Assembly: GCA_913775595.1 (NCBI GenBank)
Contig: CAJYLB010000001.1
Span: forward strand, 186,001-250,000
DNA: 64,000 bases
From: an uncultured Aquiluna sp.
Lineage (GTDB): Bacteria > Actinomycetota > Actinomycetes > Actinomycetales > Microbacteriaceae
Direction: 5' to 3'
Shown here in pieces: positions 21,130 to 31,900 of this stretch; positions within the stretch are counted from its first letter, which is position 1; each line of letters opens with the position of its first letter. The position numbers and the translations under genes were made by a program. The notes below the pieces were generated by a model that searched no databases, was not told where the DNA came from, and saw only the letters and a program-made list of their open reading frames with translations.

Positions 21130-22509
21130 CTGGTTATCGGCAAACCAACGCTCAATCTTTTCGGGGTGCCGGGGCAAACCCGCACTGAGGTTTTCGCAGC
21201 CACTCTCGGTGACTAGAACGTTGTCCTCAATTCTCACGCCGATTCCGCGGTAGCTCTCGGGAACGGTGAGGTCGTTTGCGTGGAAATAGAGACCGGGCTC
21301 AATCGTGAACACCATTCCTGGTTGCAAGATGCCGTCCTGGTAGTGCTCCCTTCTCGCCTGGGCACAGTCGTGTACATCTATCCCAAGGTGATGGCTGGTT
21401 CCGTGAACCATGTAGCGCCGATGGTGCTGGTTCTCTTCCTTCAGCGCCTCTTCCGCTGTCACGGGTATCAGGCCCAGCTCAGCGACTCGACGAGCAATGA
21501 CTGCGATTGCGGCATTGTGGACCTCGCGGAACTTGATTCCTGGTTTGACAACTGAAAACGCGGCGTCAGCTGCCTCCAAAACGGTGTCGTAGACCCAACG
21601 CTGCTCTTTGGTGAATTTGCCGGACACCGGGATAGTGCGAGTGATATCTGCGGTGTAAAGACTGTCGAGCTCGACCCCGGCGTCCACAAGTATCAGATCG
21701 CCGTTTTTAACTTCGCCATCGTTTTTGGTCCAGTGCAAAATACACGCATGAGGCCCGGAAGCAGCGATTGTCTCGTAGCCAATGTCATAACCCTCCTGTC
21801 GAGCCCTGGAGAAGAATGCGGTCTCAACTACCCGCTCGCCGCGAGACTTTCTAGAGGCAACCGGCAAAGATGCCGCAACGTCTGAGAACCCGGAAATAGT
21901 AATCTCGACGGCCTTACGCATTTGAGCAATCTCCCACTCGTCTTTTACAAAGCGCATTTCGGACAGGGTTGTTGCAAGTTTCTTGTTCTTTTGCGTGATG
22001 GGCTTTGGAAGTGTTTCGAGGTACTTATCGAGCTTCTTGATGTCTGCGGTCTTGATTCCCAGCTGAGTCTCCACCTGAGCGAGCGTCGGCCTGGGCCCGA
22101 CCCAGAATTCTCCAATTGCGGGGTTTGCAAAGAACTCGTCTGAATTTTTGCCCGCTGTCGGCATCAAAAAAAGCCTTGCTTTGTGGGTCTTGGTCCTGGC
22201 ATCAATCACCAGCACCGCGCCGGGGACCGTCGCGCTACCCCATCCGGTGAGATGCGTAAAGGCACTGTCTGGGCGATAGCGGTAGTCGGTGTCATTGGCC
22301 CTAACGCGCGGCTTTCCAGCCTCAATCAAGAGAACCTTGCCCGGGAAGTGCTTTGCCAGCTCAGCCCTTCTCCTTGCGGCATAGTCAGCTACTGACCATC
22401 TCTTGATTTCCTGACCCTCGAGCTCACCCCACTGCGAACCGATGAAGTCCATGAACTTCTTGCTCTGAGGCGTGCGGGATCGATTGGTGGCGTTCTTAGA
22501 TTTACCCAT
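21112..22509 (-). CDS. pepP: Xaa-Pro aminopeptidase (M24B)
   Basis: LVDAG, YTADITRT, HGTSHHLGIDVHD, TIEPGLY and GVRIED. Confidence 0.93.
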   Translation of the reverse strand: MGKSKNATNRSRTPQSKKFMDFIGSQWGELEGQEIKRWSVADYAARRRAELAKHFPGKVLLIEAGKPRVRANDTDYRYRPDSAFTHLTGWGSATVPGAVLVIDARTKTHKARLFLMPTAGKNSDEFFANPAIGEFWVGPRPTLAQVETQLGIKTADIKKLDKYLETLPKPITQKNKKLATTLSEMRFVKDEWEIAQMRKAVEITISGFSDVAASLPVASRKSRGERVVETAFFSRARQEGYDIGYETIAASGPHACILHWTKNDGEVKNGDLILVDAGVELDSLYTADITRTIPVSGKFTKEQRWVYDTVLEAADAAFSVVKPGIKFREVHNAAIAVIARRVAELGLIPVTAEEALKEENQHHRRYMVHGTSHHLGIDVHDCAQARREHYQDGILQPGMVFTIEPGLYFHANDLTVPESYRGIGVRIEDNVLVTESGCENLSAGLPRHPEKIERWFADNQLAVAG

Positions 22510-22526
22510 GCGACTATTCTGCTCCT

Positions 22527-23396
22527 GTGATCGACCTTCATACGCACTCAACCAGATCCGATGGGATTGACACTCCCACGGAACTGGTGGAAAAAGCCAG
22601 ACAAGCTGGCATCACGGTCTTGGCAATCACCGATCACGACACCACATCGGGCTGGGACGAGGCTATTCAGGCGGCCCAAAGAGTGGGCATCGGGTTAGTA
22701 CCGGGGATAGAGGTCTCCACCAGAAGCGAGATTGCAGAGGGAAGAAGAATCTCTGTCCACATACTCGCTTACCTCCCAAATCCTGAGAACCCCGAGTTGA
22801 TTTCGGAGCTAGCCAAGACCCGCGAGTCACGGGTGAACCGGGCTCGTGAGATGGTCGAGAGGCTTTCGAAAGACTATGAAATCTCATGGGCCGACATTGA
22901 GGCCCAAATTGAGCCAGGGGCAACCGTGGGGCGGCCCGCGATCGCGGATGCCTTGGTCGAGCTGGGAATTGTGCCGACGAGATCGGATGCCTTTACCTCG
23001 ATCCTGCACCGAACGAGTCCCTACTATGTCTCCGATCACTCGCTGGACACTGCGGAGGCAATCGGCCTAATCAGGCGAGCCGGTGGAGTTTCAGTGATGG
23101 CGCACCCTTTGATTGACTTCCCAGCGGGTGCCTCGGAACTAGATCTGCCGACAGAGCACTTCGAGCGCTTGATTGCAGCTGGCCTCGACGGAGTTGAGGT
23201 CAGGCATCGCTCAGTCCCAGACTTCGCTCGCAGGTGGCTGACTACCCTGGCGCAGAAGCACAACCTAATTCAGACTGGCTCCTCTGATTACCACGGACTT
23301 GGCGCCAAGGAAAACCTGCTTGGGGAGAACACGACGGACCCTGTGATGCTTGAGCGAATCGTTGATCAGGCGGAGGGTTTTGAGGCGCCCTTGTAG
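22527..23396 (+). CDS. PHP-domain metallophosphoesterase (YciV/TrpH-like)
   Basis: DLHTHS..SDG, ITDHD, GIEVS, HILAY, AHP and GSSDYHG. Confidence 0.92.
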   Translation: MIDLHTHSTRSDGIDTPTELVEKARQAGITVLAITDHDTTSGWDEAIQAAQRVGIGLVPGIEVSTRSEIAEGRRISVHILAYLPNPENPELISELAKTRESRVNRAREMVERLSKDYEISWADIEAQIEPGATVGRPAIADALVELGIVPTRSDAFTSILHRTSPYYVSDHSLDTAEAIGLIRRAGGVSVMAHPLIDFPAGASELDLPTEHFERLIAAGLDGVEVRHRSVPDFARRWLTTLAQKHNLIQTGSSDYHGLGAKENLLGENTTDPVMLERIVDQAEGFEAPL

Positions 23397-24694
23397 TTTC
23401 TGCGGCGCTCGCGGTTTCTCTTCGGCTGCTGCTTTTCCTGCTGCCTATCCTGCTGCCGCGGTCTAGAGCCTCGCTTTTCCTGCTGGGGCTTTTGGGTTGG
23501 CTTTGCACTGGTGGGTCGCAATCTTCCCTTGGTTCCTGCAGGAATACCGAGGTCCTCAAAAAGGTGAGCGGATGAAGAGTAGGTCTCAACAGGTTCTGGC
23601 ATACCCAGTTCAAGCTCACGGTCGATGTGGGTCCAGCGAGCAAGATCTGCCCAGTCAACAAAGGTGACGGCAACTCCCAGCTTTCCCGCCCTACCCGTGC
23701 GACCGGTGCGGTGGAGATAGGCCTTCTCATCCTCCGGCACGGAGTAGTTGATCACGTGGGTGACATCATCAACGTCAATGCCTCGGGCTGCAACCTCAGT
23801 GGCAACCAAGACATCCTTCTTTCCCGAGCGGAATGCGGCCATTGATCGCTCTCTTGCAACCTGAGCCATGTCTCCATGCAGGGGAGCTGCGTTGAAGCCC
23901 CTGTCGATTAGCTCTTCGGAGAGCTTTGCGCTGAGTCGCTTGGTCCGAACAAAGATCACCGTCTTTCCTCGGCCCTCTGCCTGCAGAATCCGGCCTAGGA
24001 CCTCATCTTTATCCAGTGCGTGCGCACGGTAAATGACCTGCTTGATGTCGGCCTTGGTCTTTCCCTGGTCCGGGTCGCTAGCACGGATGTGAATCGGCTT
24101 GTTTTGGTAACGGCGAGCCAGGGAGAGAATCTGTGCGGGCATGGTTGCTGAGAAGAGAAGCGTCTGGCGCTCAGGAGGCAACAGAGCAAACATCTTCTCG
24201 ATGTCCGGCAAGAATCCAAGGTCGAGCATCTCGTCGGCCTCATCCAACACTAGGTATGTGATGGCCGAGAGGTCGATTAGCTTTTGCTTGTGAAGGTCAA
24301 GAAGACGACCTGGAGTTCCCACGACAACATCGGCACCCTTGCCCAACTCTTCAATCTGACTCTCGTAGGACTTACCGCCGTAGATTTCGACAATCCTTGT
24401 GGTTCGGTTCTTCGACGCGAGCCGCAAGTCTTCTGCTACCTGCAGGGCGAGTTCCCTAGTGGGAACGACTACTAGGCCCCTAGCAAGGTGCTGGGGGTTT
24501 GGACCTAGCAGTTGCAACATGGGCAGTCCAAAGCCAAAGGTCTTACCTGTTCCGGTCTTCGCCTGACCAATCATGTCCACGCCAGATAACGCCAGCGGAA
24601 TAGCTTGTTGCTGAATCGGGAATGGCTGTGTGATGGATTTGGAATCTAGTGCGTCACAGATGTCTTCATCTATGCCTAAGTTTCTAAAGTTCAA
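23366..24694 (-). CDS. DEAD-box RNA helicase
   Basis: Q motif FPIQ, AKTGTGKT, PTRELA, TPGR, DEAD, SAT, ARGID and HRTGRTGR; basic C-terminal tail. Confidence 0.96.
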   Translation of the reverse strand: MNFRNLGIDEDICDALDSKSITQPFPIQQQAIPLALSGVDMIGQAKTGTGKTFGFGLPMLQLLGPNPQHLARGLVVVPTRELALQVAEDLRLASKNRTTRIVEIYGGKSYESQIEELGKGADVVVGTPGRLLDLHKQKLIDLSAITYLVLDEADEMLDLGFLPDIEKMFALLPPERQTLLFSATMPAQILSLARRYQNKPIHIRASDPDQGKTKADIKQVIYRAHALDKDEVLGRILQAEGRGKTVIFVRTKRLSAKLSEELIDRGFNAAPLHGDMAQVARERSMAAFRSGKKDVLVATEVAARGIDVDDVTHVINYSVPEDEKAYLHRTGRTGRAGKLGVAVTFVDWADLARWTHIDRELELGMPEPVETYSSSAHLFEDLGIPAGTKGRLRPTSAKPTQKPQQEKRGSRPRQQDRQQEKQQPKRNRERRRNYKGASKPSA

Positions 24695-24760
24695 GTACTT
24701 CTCCAGTATGTAATGACCGCATCTCAGTCTTGAGAATGGCTACGCCTATAAACTTGCTGC

Positions 24761-25516
24761 ATGCTGGATTGGATTAGACGGATCAGGAAGGTCTCTCAGA
24801 CCCTAACCCTGCCCTCTCGCGATGCCTCAGCGGGCCGCAGTCAGACCCAGCTTAACCCAGCCAAGCTGATTCCCGCTACAGAAGTCTTCTTTTCCCAACT
24901 AAGTCAGCAGCACTATTTGATATCAGATCTGCTTTCAGATGACTCCAAAGATTCTCCTAGTGAGGGATTCGCAGAGCGTCAGCGAGAGATCGCCTCTTCC
25001 TATTCCGATCGCGGCAAAGAGCTCGAGGATCAACTTCTAAAGCTTGGAAGCTCATTCATGGAGCTTCAACAGGACATGCGAGATCGACTGGATGCCCTTG
25101 TTGAGAGAACTGAGGGCTATGGCTGGCACGAAGACCTCATGCGCATCTACATCGTCTTCGGTCTCCTGGAGGATTGTCAGCTGCGGGTGGCAAAGGGACT
25201 GCAGCCTGCCAAGCGGGTGCGGGTGGAGGCAATGCTCTCCGACAATTCGCTCATGGACTTCTGCGAGCAGGCCCTTTCCCGCTCAATCGCCGATAACCCC
25301 CAACTTGCAAACGAGCTCGCCCTCTTTGGAAGGGCCATAGTTGCAGACGCGCTGCTTGAGGTGAGAGACATGGTCAGCTTCGAAAGCTTCAAGCTGAGTA
25401 GCTCTGGTGATCAGGCCAGCGTCACAAGGGAAAAGTTCAAGGTTCTAGAGCCGTTGACATCAGAGCTGATTGCTCAGCACACGCTCCGCATGGATGCGCT
25501 CGGCCTTACCGCCTAG
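24761..25516 (+). CDS. Ferritin-like fold protein (MiaE-like, actinobacterial)
   Basis: All-helical; LALFGRAIVADAL and C-terminal HTLRMDALGL; conserved position between the DEAD helicase and DUF3107. Confidence 0.72.
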   Translation: MLDWIRRIRKVSQTLTLPSRDASAGRSQTQLNPAKLIPATEVFFSQLSQQHYLISDLLSDDSKDSPSEGFAERQREIASSYSDRGKELEDQLLKLGSSFMELQQDMRDRLDALVERTEGYGWHEDLMRIYIVFGLLEDCQLRVAKGLQPAKRVRVEAMLSDNSLMDFCEQALSRSIADNPQLANELALFGRAIVADALLEVRDMVSFESFKLSSSGDQASVTREKFKVLEPLTSELIAQHTLRMDALGLTA

Positions 25517-25805
25517 CCGCACTCCTGATCGCTGCCAGCTCCGCCTCTTCCTTCTTCTTGCGGGAGGCTTCAAGAGCACGAGTTCCAAACCACGCCGCTA
25601 CAGGCATTGAAAGCATCACGATAAACCAGATCCAAGCCTGGTCGTATTGGAACCCAAGCCAAGTCAGAATCAGCCAGGCAGCCGCGCCAGATACCAGCGA
25701 TATTCCAGCGGGCACGAGCTTCCCGTAGTGCTCACTGGGAGGAAATACAAATGGAGCAACCAAAGCCAGGATGGCTGCATAGGCAACTACGACAAGTATC
25801 TCCAT
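25506..25805 (-). CDS. Small membrane protein (3 TM)
   Basis: Hydrophobic 99 aa ORF, coupled to DUF3107 by a TAATG overlap at 25805. Confidence 0.75.
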   Translation of the reverse strand: MEILVVVAYAAILALVAPFVFPPSEHYGKLVPAGISLVSGAAAWLILTWLGFQYDQAWIWFIVMLSMPVAAWFGTRALEASRKKKEEAELAAIRSAARR

Positions 25806-26023
25806 TAGGCGATGAAACCAACCCTTCTGCCTTCCTCGGCACCGATTTCAACGTAGGCAATGCTTGATGACGGAACCATGATCAGTTTGCCCTTGTTGTC
25901 AGTCACCTTCAGCACGGAACTGCCAAGGGCCTCCTCAATAAGCGCAGACAACGACTTTGCGTCCTGGTCTGATTCGAAGGTCAGGTCTCGACCGTTTTCC
26001 TTGATTCCGATTCTTACTTCCAC
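25805..26023 (-). CDS. DUF3107 family protein
   Basis: MEVRIGI...D.KG..I.VP...IAYVEIG....RRVGF signature; AGGAG SD. Confidence 0.9.
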   Translation of the reverse strand: MEVRIGIKENGRDLTFESDQDAKSLSALIEEALGSSVLKVTDNKGKLIMVPSSSIAYVEIGAEEGRRVGFIA

Positions 26024-26066
26024 GCTTCTCCTAAGAACTCTGGCCTCTAGGTTACGACAACAAAAA

Positions 26067-26088
26067 TGTCACCTGAGCCAATTAGGTT
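26067..26088 (+). promoter_or_regulatory. PafBC-type (RecA-NDp-like) promoter of adnAB
   Basis: TGTCA-CCT-GAGCCAAT-TAGGTT fits TGTCR-N3-N8-TANNNT; the ATG lies 6 nt after the -10 hexamer. Confidence 0.65.
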
Positions 26089-26094
26089 GTTCCC

Positions 26095-28986
26095 ATGGAA
26101 AGCCCCTCTCCTTTTGTGCCAGCGGAGAGTATGCCGCTGCGGGTCTCAAAGGCAGTTGAAGACTTTGAACCTTCTGGTTCCGCCGTAATCATTGGGGCGC
26201 CACTAACTGGAAAGACCACTGCGCTTCGGCATTTTGTTGCCCGATTAGAAAAGTCGGGGACTAAGGCCGAGGAGATTTTGGTAATCACCCCATCCAGACT
26301 TGCCGCTGCAATACTCCGCGACCAAATCGCTCTTGATTCGACCCAGGCAAGCGCCGCTCCGAGGGCTCGCTCAATTTCTTCGGTGGCATTCGAGATTCTT
26401 GGTGACCGAGGTCCGATTCGTCTTCTGTCGGGAGCCCACCAGCAGATGCTCCTGCAGCGCTTGGTAGGTGAGCACCTGGCCACCGGCAAAGCCGCTGAAT
26501 GGGGGCTGAGTAAAGAGAGCGTTGAACTAGCCGGCTTCATCCAGGAGCTCCGCGATTTGTTGGCGGTAATTATCGAGAACGGCTTGAGCGTCGAGCACCT
26601 CAAGAACCTCCAGGCCAAATACCCCAAGCTGAGGCTGGGGCCGGCAATCGACCTCCTTGAAAGCTACAGGGAGGAACTGGGGTTGCAGGGGTTGGTTGAT
26701 AGCTCGCAGCTTGCCGTTGCTGCCGCAAGTGAAGACTTGACCAAGATGCCGCACCGCTTCGTTTTTGTTGACGATGCGCAGAATCTCTCTACCGGACAGC
26801 TGAGGCTCGTTGAGGCATTAGCTGCCGAAAAAAAGCTCTTCCTTTTCGGCGATCCAGATGCGGCGACACTCGGATTTAGAAACTCGTCCAGCGCTGCATT
26901 TTTGGAGCTTGCAACCAAGGTCGACGCGAGCCAGTTGGAGCTGGGAGAGTCAGAGTCATCCAGCTGTGCGAGGAACTTACTCGCATCGCTGGTGTCCAGA
27001 ATCCCAGCCACCGGATCAATTGGCCACAGGCCAAAGGCTTCTAAGCAAGCTGACAAAGTGGTGGCAAATCGTTTTGACAACATCTTGGCAGAGACCGACT
27101 ATCTAGCTGCCGAGCTGAGGCGTTCGAGGCTGATTCGAGGCATTGAGTGGGATCAAATGCTCGTGGTCGGCCGCACTAGGACCCAGCTGGAGCAGCTTGC
27201 GAGAGAGCTGAGCTCAAGAGGTGTGCCGACAAGAATCCAGGGTGTTCAGCGCCCGCTGCGGGAACAGAGCATGGCGAGGGCTCTCCTAACATTCGTCGAG
27301 ATCGCACTTGCAAAGCCGCAGAGCAAGCAGATTCTGGAACTTCTGGAGTCACCGCTTATTGGGCTAGATGCTCTGACCCTGCGGAGAACGCTGAGGCAAC
27401 TGGCGATGCTTGAGGGTTTTTCCGGCCTTACTCGCTCCCAGCAGTTGGAAAAGGCGCTCTCTGAAAAAATCGCCATTGAGAGGCTTCCTGGCCGGCTTGC
27501 AGATCTGGCCGCCGCAATCAGCCAAGTGAGAAAACTTGCTAGCCCCTCGGCCCATCAGGTGGTGACAATCGGTTTTGGCTTGGCAGATCGTCGGCTGGCC
27601 GAGCTTGCTAGGGGCTTCGGCCCTGCAGCCTTGGCGGCCAATAGAAATCTCGATTCAGCGCTTGAGCTTTTTGCCGCCGCCCAGCGTTGGGATGAGAGAG
27701 AGATGGGGGAGCCGCTGGAATTTGCCAAGCTTCAGCTTGAACTGGGTATTCCAGAGGATTCACTCGCACCAATCGGAACAAAACCTGCCGTGGTGCTTGC
27801 CACTCCGGCCCAGATATCTCGAAGCTACAAACTGGTGGCACTACCGAGGCTGCAGGAGGGAATCTGGCCCAATCTCACACCAAGAAACTCACTGCTTGGC
27901 GCTACCTCGCTGCAATCATTTCTTATTGGACGGCAGGCTAATCCCGAGAGTCCAGCCAGGAGCGAGCTGGCTGATGAACTTCGGATGTTCTACCGCTCCT
28001 GCGGCAGCGCCACAGAGCTTCTATTACTGAGTGCAATTTCAGATGAGACAGAGCAGCCGAGCCAGTTCTTTCAGATGGCCAGGCTGGAACTCACAGCCAA
28101 CAGAGACAACATCGATTTCGATCTGAGGAGAGTAGTGGGGAGACTTCGTCGGAGGCTCCTAAGAGGCGACAAAAGCGCCGCCCCAACCCTCGCGGCGATG
28201 GCACTGGCAGGTGTTCCGGGTGCTCATCCAGATTCTTGGCAGGGCCTCATTTCTCAAAGCGTCGAGGGCGGTTTGGATGTCTCGAAACTGAGAGTAAGCG
28301 CCTCTAAATTCGAGGAATTCGAGAAATGCCCACTGCACTGGTTTATCTCTAACTTTGGCGGCGACCAGGGTGGTTTTCAAGCCTCGGTCGGAACTCTATT
28401 GCACTCAGCGCTTGAGGCAGCATCCTCGGGGACTTCTCCGAGCGAGTACCTGGAGAGCAGCTGGCACACCATGGAGTTCGAGTCCGAGTGGCAGGAGAAC
28501 AAGTCTCGCCGGCAGGCTTTTCAAATGGCGGGTTTGATAGCTGAGTACTTGGCATCATCAGCTGAGCTGGTAGCAGCAGAAAAAGGCTTTCGAATCAAGC
28601 TCGGCTCTTTGCAGGTCACCGGGAGGATCGACCGTATTGAACGCGGAGCAGATGGTTTGGAGGCTGTTGATCTAAAAACTGGCAAGCGGCTTCCCAAGGA
28701 AGCTCAGATGCCCTCCCACAGGCAGCTCGGCATTTATCAGTTAGCAATTGAATCTATGTTTGAAGAGCCACCTGCCGGGGGAAGACTCGTATCGGTCGGT
28801 TCCAAGAACCTAAAAACCCTCTCCCAGCCCGCACTTACCTACGAGCTTCGTAAGGAGCTCAGCGAACTCGCCGGGCAGATGCACCTGCAGCTAGAGAGCG
28901 GCGAGTTTAGCGCCAGAATTGACGAGCACTGCGGGAAGGACGGTAGCTGTCAGCTACTGATCGGGCGGGTGATTACCGGTGGCTAA
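26095..28986 (+). CDS. adnA: AdnA helicase-nuclease subunit (degenerate UvrD-like motor + RecB-like nuclease)
   Basis: GAPLTGKT, degenerate VDDAQ, GDPD and QEGIWP; C-terminal GRIDRIE, VDLKTG and QLGIY. Confidence 0.88.
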   Translation: MESPSPFVPAESMPLRVSKAVEDFEPSGSAVIIGAPLTGKTTALRHFVARLEKSGTKAEEILVITPSRLAAAILRDQIALDSTQASAAPRARSISSVAFEILGDRGPIRLLSGAHQQMLLQRLVGEHLATGKAAEWGLSKESVELAGFIQELRDLLAVIIENGLSVEHLKNLQAKYPKLRLGPAIDLLESYREELGLQGLVDSSQLAVAAASEDLTKMPHRFVFVDDAQNLSTGQLRLVEALAAEKKLFLFGDPDAATLGFRNSSSAAFLELATKVDASQLELGESESSSCARNLLASLVSRIPATGSIGHRPKASKQADKVVANRFDNILAETDYLAAELRRSRLIRGIEWDQMLVVGRTRTQLEQLARELSSRGVPTRIQGVQRPLREQSMARALLTFVEIALAKPQSKQILELLESPLIGLDALTLRRTLRQLAMLEGFSGLTRSQQLEKALSEKIAIERLPGRLADLAAAISQVRKLASPSAHQVVTIGFGLADRRLAELARGFGPAALAANRNLDSALELFAAAQRWDEREMGEPLEFAKLQLELGIPEDSLAPIGTKPAVVLATPAQISRSYKLVALPRLQEGIWPNLTPRNSLLGATSLQSFLIGRQANPESPARSELADELRMFYRSCGSATELLLLSAISDETEQPSQFFQMARLELTANRDNIDFDLRRVVGRLRRRLLRGDKSAAPTLAAMALAGVPGAHPDSWQGLISQSVEGGLDVSKLRVSASKFEEFEKCPLHWFISNFGGDQGGFQASVGTLLHSALEAASSGTSPSEYLESSWHTMEFESEWQENKSRRQAFQMAGLIAEYLASSAELVAAEKGFRIKLGSLQVTGRIDRIERGADGLEAVDLKTGKRLPKEAQMPSHRQLGIYQLAIESMFEEPPAGGRLVSVGSKNLKTLSQPALTYELRKELSELAGQMHLQLESGEFSARIDEHCGKDGSCQLLIGRVITGG

Positions 28987-31900
28987 GGTCAGCGCAGCGC
29001 AGATTTACGCTGTTTTATCGGGAAACAGTCTCACCGACGAGCAGCGGGCCATCGTTGAGAAAGCTTCTCTAGTGGAGCCATCACTTGTTATCGCCGGGGC
29101 AGGGTCTGGAAAGACAGAGCTGATGATGGTGAGGATTCTCTACCTAGTCGCTAATGGTCATGCAACCCCGGAGCAGATTTTGGGGCTGACCTTTACAAAA
29201 AAAGCAGCTGCAGAGCTCTCAGCAAGGGTTCAGCAGGGACTCATCAAGCTCCGCGAGTCAAGCCTGTGGCCGACTGGTCTAGAGGAGGACTTTCTGCCCG
29301 CAAAGATTGTCACCTACAACTCCTTCGGTAATGAAATCTTTAGATCCCTCGCGCTGGAGATTGGATTCGAGGCGGATGCGAAATTGATCACCGACGCCGC
29401 CAGCACTGCTCTTTGCAAAGAGCTGTTGGACAACGCCTCTCTTGATGAGTTTCCGCTGCTCGAGGGATGGGAGCTGACTTCGGGCACATTGCTGGGCGCC
29501 GTCTTGAAAGCTGCTGGGAGCATGACCGATAACCGGGTAAGTGCCTCAGAGGTCCATGAGTACTGGGACGGATTTGCCGCGCACCTTGCCAGCATCCCGA
29601 AAAACGAGAAACAGGCAGGCCGCTATGCCTACACCCAAGATTTCCTAGATGCCGCGGACAACAACAAACTAATTTTTGAGCTAGCAGAGCGCTATCGAGA
29701 CTTGAAGCGAGAGCGGAATCTGGTGGACTTTTCTGACCAGGTTGCCCTTGCCCTGCAGGCCCTCGAGAGCGTTGAGTTTCAGCTCGACTACCGATTTGTG
29801 ATGCTCGATGAGTACCAGGACACCTCCAACATACAGACGGCTCTACTTGCGAGGTTGTTCAGAAACCTTCCGGTCATGGCAGTTGGCGATCCAAACCAGG
29901 CAATCTACGGCTGGAGGGGAGCGTCCAGCGAAAACCTAGCCAACTTCCAGCGCGACTTCGGTGGCGGAGAGACCTTCACGCTCTCAGTTTCCTGGCGCTC
30001 CGGTGCAGAGATTCTCGATGCCGCTAACCAGATTGCCGCCAAGATTCCAGCCTCTGGCCTGACGCCAATCTCGCTCACGAGCGGACTCGGAAACAATTCG
30101 AGCGTATCGGCCAGCGTATTTCAGGATGAGGTCACCGAGGCCGAGACTATTGCTCGGTACCTTTCTGAGGTGCTCGACTCTGAGACCAGTTGCGCCATCC
30201 TGTGTAGGACGAGGGCGAGTATGAAGCTCTACTCCCAGTGTCTTAGTGAGATTGGTGTTAACCACGAGGTCACCGGGCTCTCTGGCCTCGTCGAAGAGCC
30301 AGAAGTGGCTGACCTAATTGCGATTCTGAAGGTCTTGGTGGATCCGGAAGCGGGTGCAGAGCTGATGAGGATTGCCTCCGGCCCTAAGTTCCGTGTCGCA
30401 CCAGCAGACCTGGTAGCCCTATCGGAGTCAGCCAGGAGGTTGAGCAAACTTCGAGAGGAGGTTGACGATGCGAGACCTTTGACGATAGTTGAGCTGATTG
30501 ATGAGATCGACAAGCCATCTAACAACGCCAAGCTTGGGCTGAGCGAGGAGGGAGAGGCGCGCCTAAAAGCACTTTCGGGTTTGCTGCGAAACCTCAGAAG
30601 GCAACTCTCGCTCTCCCCATCGGAGGTTGCGCAGCTTGCGATTAGGGAGTTCGAGCTCGACATCGAGCTGTATGCGCATTCCGATGCGGAGAATCCACTG
30701 CTGAATCTTCAGGCCTTCCTTGGGCGAATTGTCGAGTACGAGGCAATGGCTGAGACCCTCTCACTTTCTGGGTTCGTGTCGTGGCTTGAGCTCGCAAGGG
30801 AACAAGAGCGTTTTGAGGTTCCGCGCTCTGGGAGCAAAAGGGGAGTGGTTCAGCTAATGACAATTCACTCGGCAAAGGGGCTTGAGTGGGACGTTGTTGT
30901 GCTTCCGCAGTTCGTCGAGGGCACCTTCCCGACAGGTGCCAGGGGAACTGGAGGGCAGTTGGAAGCGGGCGAGCTACCGACCTCGCTCAGACAGGACAGG
31001 GCCAGCCTTCCATCCCTGGATTACATGGCAGCAAACACGCAACAGGAATTCAACAAGCTGAATGATGCCTACAAGGAACAAAATCGTGAGCGGCAGCTGA
31101 TCGAAGAGAGAAGACTTGCCTACGTCGGGATTACTCGGGCCGCGTCCAAGCTACTTATCACCGGCTCCTACTTTTCTCGAACGGCGACCAATCCCAAGGA
31201 GCTCTCACGCTTTCGCCTCGAGCTTACGGATTCGGGAAACTTGGATGCAGAAATCGATCAGCCTGGAGAGCGGCCAGAGTTTCCAGAGCGCACTCTCAGC
31301 TGGCCATTCGACCCACTAGGCAACAGGCGTGATGACTGGAAGAGTGCGGCGGCAGAGGTCTCAAGCTCCGCACCTGCAGGCATCGAAGATGTTGCCGAGT
31401 TGGCTCTTCTCATGGAAGAGCGCGAGCGCACTGGCGAAATCCTGGCCCAACTACCCTCGAGACTTTCAGCCTCAGCAGTGGTCTCCCTCCTCGCCGACCC
31501 TAAGAAATTTGCAGCGAGCCTAATCCGTCCATTGCCCAGTGAGTACTCGGACGCCGCGGCCCTAGGTACAAGGTTTCATGCCAGCCTCGAAGAGGCCTTC
31601 CTCGCCGGCAGCGAGCTCGACTTCGCCAGTTGGGAAGAGCCCGAACAAAAACTGGGTGCTAACTTCGAAGGCAGTCGATTTGCAAAACTAAAACCAGAGT
31701 TGGTTGAGGCTCCTATTGAGTTCTCGATCGGAGGGACGGTCGTCGTATGCAAGCTGGATGCTGTTTTCCTCGTTGACTCGATCTGGCACATTGTTGACTG
31801 GAAGTCAGGTAAACCGCCTACCACCCAAAGCGAGATTGCGGAACGGGCTATTCAGCTCGCGCTCTATCGGATTGCCCTATCCCGCCATAAAGAGATTCCA

